NCBI GenBank assembly: GCA_963422265.1 | Contig: OY729416.1 | Coordinates: 1,440,001-1,504,000 of the forward strand | Length of the DNA: 64,000 nucleotides | Source: Thermodesulfobacteriota bacterium | GTDB taxonomy: Bacteria > Desulfobacterota_D > UBA1144 > Nemesobacterales > UBA2774 | Direction: 5' to 3' | Shown here: positions 9,936 to 19,096 of the stretch, piece after piece | How the letters are laid out: each line of letters begins with the position of its first letter | How positions within the stretch are numbered: the first letter of the stretch is position 1 | Made by a program: the position numbers and the translations under genes | Notes under the pieces: model-generated | What the model saw: only the letters and a program-made list of their open reading frames with translations | What the model was told of the DNA's origin: nothing | The model's database searches: none

Positions 9936-11141
9936 TTAACCTATCGTTGATGTCAAGCTAAATATAGGAAGGAGCACGGCAAAAACAATAAACCCCATTA
10001 TTGCCCCTATTACCATAATCATAACAGGCTCCATAAGAGACGTAAGGCTCGAGACGGTTGTTTCTACCTGTTCATCGTATATGTCGGCAATCCTAACAAG
10101 CATCACTTCCATCTCACCCGTCTGCTCACCTACGGCGATCATTCTGGTGACGAGCGGAGGGAATATGCCGCTATCCCGCAAGGGCGTGGCAAGGTCTGCT
10201 CCTTCTCTAACGCTTACGCCAACTTCTTGTAAAGTTTTTCCGTAAATCTCATTTCCCATAACAGCACCTCCTATCTTGAGGGCATCCAGAAGCGGTATTC
10301 CACTTGCCAGAAGCGTCCCTAGGGTGCGCGTAAACCTAGATATTACAACCATAGTGGTAATCTTTCCAAATATAGGAATTTTAAGTGACAAGCGGTCAAA
10401 AAACATCCTACCCCGCTTTGTCTTCTTAAACCGATAAGCAGCAACGACTATGAGCAGAGCGGCGAGCAGGATGAGGAGCACATTATTGGCTAGGAAGCTA
10501 CTTACCTTAATCAAAACAACCGTCGCTATTGGTAGGGCGTTGCCGCTCTCTTCGAATATGTCAGCAATTTTAGGTATGACGTAGGTCATTGTAAAAAACA
10601 GCACGCCGCCCCCTATGAAAAACATGAATAGGGGATATACGAGCGCGCTCTTTACGCGTGAGGCTAGAGCCGCTTGTTTCTCAAGGAAGTCGGCGAGCCT
10701 TAGAAGAACTACGTTCAAAGTTCCGCTGGACTCTCCCGCCCTCACGATGTTCACGTAGAGATCCGAGAATACGTTCTTGTGCTCCCCTAGAGCATTTGCC
10801 AAGGAACTTCCCTCGCTTACTCGTTCTTTAACCTGGGCAAGGATTCGTCCGAGCCTAACGTCTTCCGTCTGCTCTGAAAGTACGGACAGCGACTCCTCAA
10901 GGGGAAGTCCCGCAGAGATTAGCGCGGAAAACTGCCTTGTCGTTATGGAGAGCTCCGAGATGCTCACTCCCTTAAAAGGCAGAATGCTTCTGGTCTTTGA
11001 TTCCTTGATCTCGTGCAAAGATGAAAGGAAAGCTCCCTGCCGTTTTAACTTATCGGAGACTCCCCTGGGCGATTCTGCGTCAAGAATTCCCTGGATTAGC
11101 TTTCCGTTCTCGTCTATCGCGTTATATTTATATACGGGCAT
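9936..11141 (-). CDS. gspF: T2SS inner-membrane platform protein GspF
   Basis: TRQFSALISAGLPL, AGESSGTL, VGEQTGE, EP motif. Confidence 0.95.
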   Translation of the reverse strand: MPVYKYNAIDENGKLIQGILDAESPRGVSDKLKRQGAFLSSLHEIKESKTRSILPFKGVSISELSITTRQFSALISAGLPLEESLSVLSEQTEDVRLGRILAQVKERVSEGSSLANALGEHKNVFSDLYVNIVRAGESSGTLNVVLLRLADFLEKQAALASRVKSALVYPLFMFFIGGGVLFFTMTYVIPKIADIFEESGNALPIATVVLIKVSSFLANNVLLILLAALLIVVAAYRFKKTKRGRMFFDRLSLKIPIFGKITTMVVISRFTRTLGTLLASGIPLLDALKIGGAVMGNEIYGKTLQEVGVSVREGADLATPLRDSGIFPPLVTRMIAVGEQTGEMEVMLVRIADIYDEQVETTVSSLTSLMEPVMIMVIGAIMGFIVFAVLLPIFSLTSTIG

Positions 11142-11186
11142 AACAACATAAGGCGCGTTTATGCTTAAGCGCTAAAATCTAAGCCC

Positions 11187-12875
11187 CTACGAATCAAGAT
11201 TCTCTTCTTCGGTAACGCGCATGACCTCGTGTGCTGAAGTAAAACCCTTGATCACTTTATCTATCCCATCCGACTTAAGGGTAAGCATACCCCTCTCAAC
11301 GGCTTTCTTCTGGATAGTAGTAGAATCGGCATGGGTCAAAGTCATGTTCCTTATTTCATCGTCCATTACGAGTATCTCAAATATCGCGATTCTACCACTG
11401 TAACCCATCCCGAGACACATTTCACATCCCTTGGCGTCGTAAAGAACGCCGTCCGGGAGATCGCGGCGTCTTATCCCAATGCGGACTAGCTCATCATCGC
11501 TGGGGCGATAGGGTTTCTTGCACGAACCACAAAGAAGACGCGTCAGGCGCTGCGCAATAACCGCAACTAGAGAAGAAGCTACCAAGAACGGCTCTATTTC
11601 CATATCAATAAGTCTTGTAATAGCGCTGGAAGCGTTATTAGTATGTAGCGTGGAAAAGACGAGGTGCCCCGTCAGTGAGGCGTGTATAGCTATATCAGCC
11701 GTCTCCCTGTCGCGGATTTCTCCAACTAATATGATATCAGGATCCTGCCTTAGTATAGACCTCAGCCCATTCGCAAAGCTAAGATTGACCTTTGTATTAA
11801 CTTGGATTTGGTTAATTCCCTGAATCTGATATTCAACCGGGTCCTCAACGGTTATTATTTTTTCATTAGGTGAATTTATCCTCTGCAGAGCTGCATAAAG
11901 CGTCGTGGTTTTTCCACATCCAGTGGGTCCCGTCACTAGGATAATTCCATGAGGGCGGTGGATAAGCCCTTCCACCTTCTCAAGCTTGCTTCCTTCAAGA
12001 CCCAGATCCTCAAGGTTTAAAAGAACCGATGACCTGTCGAGAAGTCTCATTACGACGCTCTCGCCCCAGGTTGTAGGAACGGTTGAGACGCGCACGTCCA
12101 CATCTCTCCCAGCGACTTTTATGTGTATTCTTCCATCCTGTGGCTTTCTTTTCTCCGCAATATCCAGATCAGCCATAATTTTTACTCTGGATATAATAGA
12201 AGCCTGAAGCTTCTTTGGCACCGATGTTATTTCATGCAGTATCCCATCCTTTCTAAACCTTACCGATACCCTCTTTTCAAAGCATTCAATATGTATATCG
12301 CTTGCTTTTTCTTTTATCGCTTCAAACACGAGCGAATTCACGAACTTTATTATAGGCGCCTCATCTTCCGCGTCCAATAGGTCCTGAGGCTCGTGGATGT
12401 CATATTCCGCTATACTGAAGGCTTCATCGTCGTCAATTCCTTCTGACATTTCCTTCCCACGCTCGTACACGCGGTTTATGGCGTCGATAACCGTATGGTT
12501 AAGAGCTATAGTAGGCTCGATCTCACAACCGAATAAAGATTTAACCTCGTCAAGTACATATAGATTTAGCGGGGGGGCGAATATTACTACGACCTTACCC
12601 TCACTCTTCTGAAAAGGGATAAGCTTGAACTTTTTAGCAAAGCTTATGGGTATTGATTTTACAAGCGCTTCGTCTATATCTCTCTCAGAGATGTTAAGCG
12701 TGTAGGGAAACTCATAAAACTCAGACAAGACGCCAAGAAGCTCTCTATCATCCATCACTTTGGACTTTAATAAGTTTTGCTCTAGGCTTTCCCCATTCTT
12801 ACCTACAAGCTCTTCTATTTTGACGAGAGCTTCCGGTTTCCTTTCTCTTATTATTTCCTGAATGCTTTTCATCAC
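11187..12875 (-). CDS. gspE: T2SS ATPase GspE
   Basis: ASDIHIE, GPTGCGKTT, LRQDPD, STLHTN, tetracysteine motif. Confidence 0.95.
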   Translation of the reverse strand: MMKSIQEIIRERKPEALVKIEELVGKNGESLEQNLLKSKVMDDRELLGVLSEFYEFPYTLNISERDIDEALVKSIPISFAKKFKLIPFQKSEGKVVVIFAPPLNLYVLDEVKSLFGCEIEPTIALNHTVIDAINRVYERGKEMSEGIDDDEAFSIAEYDIHEPQDLLDAEDEAPIIKFVNSLVFEAIKEKASDIHIECFEKRVSVRFRKDGILHEITSVPKKLQASIISRVKIMADLDIAEKRKPQDGRIHIKVAGRDVDVRVSTVPTTWGESVVMRLLDRSSVLLNLEDLGLEGSKLEKVEGLIHRPHGIILVTGPTGCGKTTTLYAALQRINSPNEKIITVEDPVEYQIQGINQIQVNTKVNLSFANGLRSILRQDPDIILVGEIRDRETADIAIHASLTGHLVFSTLHTNNASSAITRLIDMEIEPFLVASSLVAVIAQRLTRLLCGSCKKPYRPSDDELVRIGIRRRDLPDGVLYDAKGCEMCLGMGYSGRIAIFEILVMDDEIRNMTLTHADSTTIQKKAVERGMLTLKSDGIDKVIKGFTSAHEVMRVTEEENLDS

Positions 12876-12883
12876 TAAAGCGT

Positions 12884-15190
12884 TTATTTCCCTTTGTAGA
12901 AGCCTCTTTCCTGTATTAGCATGTTGCGCTTTTGTTTCTCTTGCAGTAAAAGATCCATGTCTTCTTCGGTCTCGACAATCCTGGGCGTAAGTAATATCAT
13001 AAGGTTTATCTTCTGTCTCTGAGTGCTCTTATACTTAAAGAGATTACCTAGAATCGGAACGCCTCCTAATAACGGAACTCTATTTTGTAAAATGCTCTCT
13101 CTATCCTGAACGAGACCACCGATTACAATGGTCTGACCATCCTTAACCACTACTGACGAATCAGCCGTTCTGGTCGTCGTAGCTATACCAAACTCATTTG
13201 TGTTAAGTCCTTCGGGCGTCGCCCTTATAGCTGAGACCTCGGTTAGTATATTCAAGTTCAGGTACTCACCGTCGCTAATCTGTGGCGTTATTAATAACTT
13301 TATTCCCACAGGCTCGCGCTGAATAGTGCTGACGGTTACGCCACTGGTGCCGACGGTGCTACCCGTAGGAAAAGGAATAACGTCCGCTACTACTATTTTC
13401 GCAGTTTCGTTATCGGTGGTTATGATACTAGGCGTAGATAGCACATTTACGTCCGTAATAGATGTTATAGCCTGAAATAGCGCGGTAAAAGATGGGATTG
13501 CAGGTATTGGTCCCGACCCATCGGGATCAAGCTGTTTTCCTACAACTCCAAGAAACAGTCCGGATAGGCTACCCATAGTCTGTATGGCGGTTTGTGATTC
13601 AGCGGTAGCTAAACCGAGCAGACTTGGAACCCCTGGAAGATTAGCTCCACTAAAAGCCAGATTATCGTCATTAACTTTGAACCCAATACTCGAATTTGCT
13701 CCGAAAGATCTTAGGTTGTCCAAACTCACCTCGAGAATAGCTGCTTCAACAAACACCTGCTTTCTTCTTACATCTAGTTTTTTAATTACTCCTTTTATCT
13801 CTTCGTAGTCTCTCCTCGACCCGATGACGATTATGGAGTTGGTAGCAGGATCGGCTGTGACCCTTAGTCCCTCCGCCTCGGCGACTATGGATGACCCCGA
13901 CGGGCTTCGTCTCCGTATCCCCTGTGTTGAAAAACCGCTTTCTCCAGCAAAGCCGGTAGTTGAATCCGTCTGAGATCCGCCTGACGAGGCGACCGACGCA
14001 GTCCCCCCTCCCCTACCACCTAATAAATTGGACAAAACGTTCACTAACTGCTCTGCCTCAACATTCAAAACCTGAATTACGTATATGCCTTCTTCAGCCT
14101 GATCCGTCTTCACGTCTAGCATTTCTACTACAGCTTTTATTTCCTCCATGTCATCCGGGTAAGCTATGATGATAAGAGAGCTAGTCCTTTCATCCAAAAT
14201 AACCTTAAACCCGATAGCAGACGACTTAGCCGTCGAGAAAGAATAAGTCGTTTGCTCTTGTTGCCCAGCCTTGCTCGCTACACCTTTGCTGCCAGACTTT
14301 TTTATCTGCTTAGTCTGAGAGCGGCTTTGCGTTGCCCCTGTGCCACTAAAAATCTCCACGAGCTTAATTGCCACTTCGGCCGCCTCAGCGTTATGTATAT
14401 TTATGAACTCAATTTCCGTTTGCACGTCAAGGTGTTCAAGTATTGTTAGTATTCTATTCAGGTTATCTACCGTCTCGACGATAATAAGCGTATTAGTGCC
14501 GGGGTGAACTATCATGGCTCCCTCTCGAGAGATTAAGGGTTTAAGCATTTTAGATGCCTCTTGCGCCTCTACGCTTTTTAATTCTACAAGCCTAGTAACA
14601 TAGTTGTCGGAAGGCTCACCATAAGCCGTGCCAATATCGGTTGGAAGGCTTTTAATCCTAACGTCCCTTTTTAGGATTATTATGTTCGTCCCGTTCTTCT
14701 TCACAAGGGAGAGCCCATTTAAGTTCAGCACCGTCTCAAAGAGCCTCATAGCGTCTTTTTTTCTAAAGCCCTCCGGAGCTACTACCCTAATTCCTTTCTT
14801 CTTTACCGATCCATGAAGTATAAAGCTCTCCCCAGTAATCTCGCTTATAGTTTTAATGAGATCATGAACGTCCATCTCAGATTGCAGGTTTACTATTTCA
14901 TCCTCGGGGACGACAATTGTGGCTTTCTCTTCTGATTTTGGTTTCTCAGTTTTAGCATCAGCGTTGCGTCTAGTCGGAGATGGATCCTTGGGCGCCTCTT
15001 TTGATTCTACTATCTTAGTCTGAGGTTTATTGGCTAGTTCTTTGGGCTCGTTAGATTTTTTGTTGCTAAGCTCTATCGTTTCAGCGGCGTTTTTCTCCGT
15101 CGCGGCCTTATCGGCAGAGCTCATATGGACGTAAATAGTTAATAAAAATAAGAGAATCATCGCTGCGTTGATCAAAATCGCTTTCATCAA
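12884..15190 (-). CDS. gspD: T2SS secretin GspD
   Basis: Signal peptide, N-domains, LDVRRKQVFVEAAILEV, VPLLGGVPILGNLF, NLMILLTPRIV. Confidence 0.95.
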   Translation of the reverse strand: MMKAILINAAMILLFLLTIYVHMSSADKAATEKNAAETIELSNKKSNEPKELANKPQTKIVESKEAPKDPSPTRRNADAKTEKPKSEEKATIVVPEDEIVNLQSEMDVHDLIKTISEITGESFILHGSVKKKGIRVVAPEGFRKKDAMRLFETVLNLNGLSLVKKNGTNIIILKRDVRIKSLPTDIGTAYGEPSDNYVTRLVELKSVEAQEASKMLKPLISREGAMIVHPGTNTLIIVETVDNLNRILTILEHLDVQTEIEFINIHNAEAAEVAIKLVEIFSGTGATQSRSQTKQIKKSGSKGVASKAGQQEQTTYSFSTAKSSAIGFKVILDERTSSLIIIAYPDDMEEIKAVVEMLDVKTDQAEEGIYVIQVLNVEAEQLVNVLSNLLGGRGGGTASVASSGGSQTDSTTGFAGESGFSTQGIRRRSPSGSSIVAEAEGLRVTADPATNSIIVIGSRRDYEEIKGVIKKLDVRRKQVFVEAAILEVSLDNLRSFGANSSIGFKVNDDNLAFSGANLPGVPSLLGLATAESQTAIQTMGSLSGLFLGVVGKQLDPDGSGPIPAIPSFTALFQAITSITDVNVLSTPSIITTDNETAKIVVADVIPFPTGSTVGTSGVTVSTIQREPVGIKLLITPQISDGEYLNLNILTEVSAIRATPEGLNTNEFGIATTTRTADSSVVVKDGQTIVIGGLVQDRESILQNRVPLLGGVPILGNLFKYKSTQRQKINLMILLTPRIVETEEDMDLLLQEKQKRNMLIQERGFYKGK

Positions 15191-15281
15191 TTAGTCCCCT
15201 CTTGAAATAGTTTATCTAAGTATTCTTAGCGCATTGAACTTAAGCCAATGATAACTCATGATATATAAACTTAAAACCCAA

Positions 15282-16181
15282 CTATTTAACTGTGTACTCG
15301 TTTACGTAGTTCTTTCCAGCTCGAGTGTATTCAATAGTAAAATAGCTTTGCGTCCTAAGCTCATTAAACACGGGTAAAGCCTTTTCAACATTGTTAAGCT
15401 CAACTTTGTTAATTCTCTGCAGCGTGTCCCCACTTTTAAGCCCGATTTTCCTTAATATGCTGCCTGATCTTATCCCAAAAAATTTGATGCCGTTCTTTTG
15501 GGGAATGATACGAGCCTGTTGGATAATTGTATTCGGATTGCTAAGCGTCTCCTCTACTAAACGCTTGTCTATCTCGTATTCGTTTTCCCCAATTTTGTTG
15601 ACGCCCTTACTATCACTTTTATTGCTGACCGAACGAGCACTTGGACTAGAGGCAATTTTAGTAACCTTACTTGTCCCTAAACTCTGGCATTTTATAGTCT
15701 CATAACCTTTTCCAGGTCGCTCTATCACAGCCATGCAATTTTGCACCTTTATTAACTTTACGTTTTCGGTCTTAACGACTTTTATAGTCTCACCACCTTT
15801 GTAGCCTCCTATTTTATCGTTGCCAACGTTCTTTATTATCGCGACGGATTGGTCATTCGGCTTCATTATTGTGCCTAGCAACGCAAGATTTAGTTTAGAT
15901 TCGGGTAGGGTTTCTATCCCTCTTGTTGCCTTTGCTATATTCCGTATCCCAAATATATTCCTGGTAGTAATTACTTGATAGTGAGATAAGGGCGGATTTT
16001 CTTTGAATTGATCCACGGTTGGCATCTTATTTTGAGAGACCCCCTGCAAAGCGACCGAGCTTTGGGAGCGCAAGCCGCTCTCTATTTTCCCGTTGATCAT
16101 GAGAGCAAGTGAGTAAGCAAGTCCAGCGAGAAGCAGGATATTAATAAGCCAAGTATATTTTTTTGCAATCTCAATGATCAT
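15282..16181 (-). CDS. gspC: T2SS protein GspC with PDZ domain
   Basis: N-terminal TM, RNIF, LALLGT, IGLKSGD PDZ; first gene of the gsp operon. Confidence 0.85.
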   Translation of the reverse strand: MIIEIAKKYTWLINILLLAGLAYSLALMINGKIESGLRSQSSVALQGVSQNKMPTVDQFKENPPLSHYQVITTRNIFGIRNIAKATRGIETLPESKLNLALLGTIMKPNDQSVAIIKNVGNDKIGGYKGGETIKVVKTENVKLIKVQNCMAVIERPGKGYETIKCQSLGTSKVTKIASSPSARSVSNKSDSKGVNKIGENEYEIDKRLVEETLSNPNTIIQQARIIPQKNGIKFFGIRSGSILRKIGLKSGDTLQRINKVELNNVEKALPVFNELRTQSYFTIEYTRAGKNYVNEYTVK

Positions 16182-16293
16182 TTAATTAGAGCTGATATTT
16201 AAGTAGATTGCTTAATATCAAGAAGCAACATAAGGCTTTTCACTTCGCATGTCAAACGTAAAATACGGACAGCGGAGAATATCAATTATACTA

Positions 16294-17601
16294 TCACTCC
16301 TCAAAAGGGTCTGTAAGTTCCGGATGCCACAGCTTAAAATGGTTTTTGTGATTCTCGGTGTAAGCACCCGGTGGGTAGTATTTATCATAAAAATCCAAAT
16401 CCAGATGATGAGCTTGAACCATAAACCTTAAAAACATAGGATCCGAGAAAGCAGGGAACCTTCCGTAAGTATCGTAGATATAATTGCATATATCTTTTAC
16501 GACCTGTATCTCCTCTTTACCTGGCCTCTCTACCTCTTGTAGAACACCCTCTGGGGTTAAAAACGGCATCGCATGTGATTCCCAGTTGCTCCATTTGGCG
16601 TCATTAAAAGCCTCAACAGCCTCTCCCATATCCTTGTAATAAGGGGGACAAAAGGCATGAAATAAATTATCCCTCCCCACGGCTACGGGATTGGGATTTC
16701 CTGTATCGCCTTTTATTGCAGGCGTGATGAATCTAAAACCAAGCCCTCTATTGAAAGGCGTGCCTCCGAGCATAAACATGCTTGCGAATCCGCTGAATAG
16801 CCATCCCCCTAATCCGAGAGTCTGAAGCGTTAACACCATGTTCTGTCCCATAAACGCCTGCTCCGCTATATAACCATTAGCGAATCTGAGCTCGGCTTCT
16901 ATAAGAGGCATTCGTTTGCCCTTATCCAGGAATCCGTTATCTACCCACTTTGTGGTTCCAGGGAGCCTTAATCGGTGAAGCTCATCCACAAAATTAAATC
17001 TGTGATCTGGTCTCATATAAAAGAAAAAGAGGTTAATAATACAGGAAGACAAATCAGTCACAGGCATAAAAAGGGTAGTTCCGGGTTTGTTTACGTTCCA
17101 GAGATTATGCCCGGCTATACCGGGTGGCTTCGTTGGTAAGTCAGCGCGCTTATCCTCGAGCTTGACCCTCGATTCTCTGAACAGCTCAAGAATTTTATCT
17201 ACCCTTCGCTCGCGGCTAAGCACTTCGAGCCCTTTGAAATCGTCGGGGCGCTTATCGTGCATTTTCACCATGTAAGAGCCCTCGTCATTCGTATAAAAAA
17301 GCTCCGTCCTGTGAACGTCTCCAAGAGCGGGAATAGTCTTACTTGTAAACTGCATTTCGAGATCCAGACCCACGTGGGGGGGGAAGTCAGAGAGGTTGAT
17401 GTTTTTAATTCCGAGCCCATTCCAGATTATTATAGCTTCCTCAAGCTCTGTTAAGGGAACGGGAGCGTGTTTAGACTTATAGGCAAGCGGACCTTTTTCG
17501 ATCTGCATTCCTAAGCCGAACCTTCTGGAGCGCCTCTCGAAAAGGGCATCCATAAACCTATAATCAACCGCAACGTCTAGTCCGGGCGGGTATTCGCTCA
17601 T
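16294..17601 (-). CDS. Uncharacterised protein, probable nitroreductase-superfamily (SagB/ThcOx-like) flavoprotein
   Basis: ERRSRRF near the N-terminus and EQAFMGQNMVLTLQTLGLGGW resemble nitroreductase FMN-binding motifs. Confidence 0.55.
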   Translation of the reverse strand: MSEYPPGLDVAVDYRFMDALFERRSRRFGLGMQIEKGPLAYKSKHAPVPLTELEEAIIIWNGLGIKNINLSDFPPHVGLDLEMQFTSKTIPALGDVHRTELFYTNDEGSYMVKMHDKRPDDFKGLEVLSRERRVDKILELFRESRVKLEDKRADLPTKPPGIAGHNLWNVNKPGTTLFMPVTDLSSCIINLFFFYMRPDHRFNFVDELHRLRLPGTTKWVDNGFLDKGKRMPLIEAELRFANGYIAEQAFMGQNMVLTLQTLGLGGWLFSGFASMFMLGGTPFNRGLGFRFITPAIKGDTGNPNPVAVGRDNLFHAFCPPYYKDMGEAVEAFNDAKWSNWESHAMPFLTPEGVLQEVERPGKEEIQVVKDICNYIYDTYGRFPAFSDPMFLRFMVQAHHLDLDFYDKYYPPGAYTENHKNHFKLWHPELTDPFEE

Positions 17602-17839
17602 TTATTTCCTATTTCCCATATCCTAATTTCTTATCTCCATCTCTTGTCTTCTATCACGGTTATTATCTTACATTTATTTCAGATACTTCAGACGCCATTG
17701 AACTCCTTCTCATTTTTAGTCGCTAGCCTGCTTATCTTTATTTGTCAGCTTCGATTTTCCAGTTACTAGAAAAGTGATAATGGCAATATAAAAACCATCC
17801 TTCAATTCACCGATTAATGGAACGCGAACCATTTTTTCC

Positions 17840-18922
17840 TTATAGCTTCTGCAGCTGCTCGTATATCTTCTTCTCTTCCCTAGAGGGCTTTCTAGGAATT
17901 TCTACCTGAATTTTTACGTAAATGTCCCCCCGCCTTCCTGTTCTCAAATTAGGAAGCCCTTCGTTCGGGATTCTCATAGTAGTGCCTGGCTGGGTGCCCG
18001 GAGGAATTTTCATCCGCACCGCTCCAACCAAAGTAGGAATATCCACTTTCGCCCCAAGAACCGCTTGAGAGACGGTTATATTTTCCACGTGGTGGAGGTT
18101 ATCGCTTCTTCTTTCAAATCTTGGGTCTTTTTCTGTCTTTACTATGACAATAAGATCGCCCGGATGTCCTTCGGGATCAGGATTTAAATTACCATGCCCC
18201 GTAACGCGCAGACCCATCCCCTCCTCAATGCCGGGCGGGATATTAACCTCTATTTTAGTCTCCCCCCTAACGTTACCAGAGCCACCACACTTAGGACAAA
18301 AAGCCCTAATAAAAGAGCCTTTACCCCGACAGGATGGACAAACGGCGACCTGTTGAAAAGTCATTCCCTGTTGCCGACTGGTATAAACCTTTTGTCCAGA
18401 CCCGCCACACTCTTTACAATTTTCGGGCGTCGTTCCGGGCTTAGCTCCCGAACCATCGCACGATGCGCAGGTCTTGGAGCTGTTGTAAGCCAACGTTTCC
18501 TCCCCACCTGTAAGTATCCGCTTAAGTGGCACGACGATCTCTACTTCTACGTTCTGACCCTTTCTTGGTCCCCTTCTGTGACCAAAGCCAAATATATCGT
18601 TAAATATGCTACCACCGAATCCCCCACTGCCCGAACCACTTCCAAATATATCTCCAAAGTTGATACCACTGAATATATCCTCTGCCGACATGCCGTCGAT
18701 ACCCGCAAAACCTCCCCTATCGTAACGCGAGCGCTTATCCTTATCGGAAAGCACACCGTAGGCTTCGGACAGCTCCTTAAACTTTTCTTCCGAGTTTACG
18801 TCTTTATTGTGATCCGGGTGATATTTCAACGCAAGCTTGCGGTAAGCTCTTTTTATCGTCTCCGGGCTTGCGTCTCTCGACACCCCTAGAACCTCGTAAT
18901 AGTCGCGCTTTCCTAAAGCCAT
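17840..18922 (-). CDS. dnaJ: Chaperone DnaJ (class A)
   Basis: [13 protein letters not shown] region, four CxxCxGxG repeats. Confidence 0.95.
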   Translation of the reverse strand: MALGKRDYYEVLGVSRDASPETIKRAYRKLALKYHPDHNKDVNSEEKFKELSEAYGVLSDKDKRSRYDRGGFAGIDGMSAEDIFSGINFGDIFGSGSGSGGFGGSIFNDIFGFGHRRGPRKGQNVEVEIVVPLKRILTGGEETLAYNSSKTCASCDGSGAKPGTTPENCKECGGSGQKVYTSRQQGMTFQQVAVCPSCRGKGSFIRAFCPKCGGSGNVRGETKIEVNIPPGIEEGMGLRVTGHGNLNPDPEGHPGDLIVIVKTEKDPRFERRSDNLHHVENITVSQAVLGAKVDIPTLVGAVRMKIPPGTQPGTTMRIPNEGLPNLRTGRRGDIYVKIQVEIPRKPSREEKKIYEQLQKL

Positions 18923-18937
18923 GCAATTACACCCCTT

Positions 18938-18971
18938 TTAAGTTTTCAATCTAGTTAAGTTTTCAATCTAG
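18938..18971. repeat. Perfect 17-bp tandem duplication upstream of dnaJ
   Basis: ttaagttttcaatctag x2. Confidence 0.9.
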
Positions 18972-19096
18972 CTTTTGTGGCTTATCAAGTCTTTTGAGGT
19001 TGATACCCTGCTTAATTGCTTAGAATAACATATCACACAAACAGAGCATTCTATACTCAAATTAATGACTTAAAGACGAAAAAGCCCTATAATTTG

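Noticed and set aside
18194-18889. 231-aa ORF antisense to dnaJ, and the many other short antisense ORFs
   Set aside because: Shadow frames of well-supported genes with no family motifs
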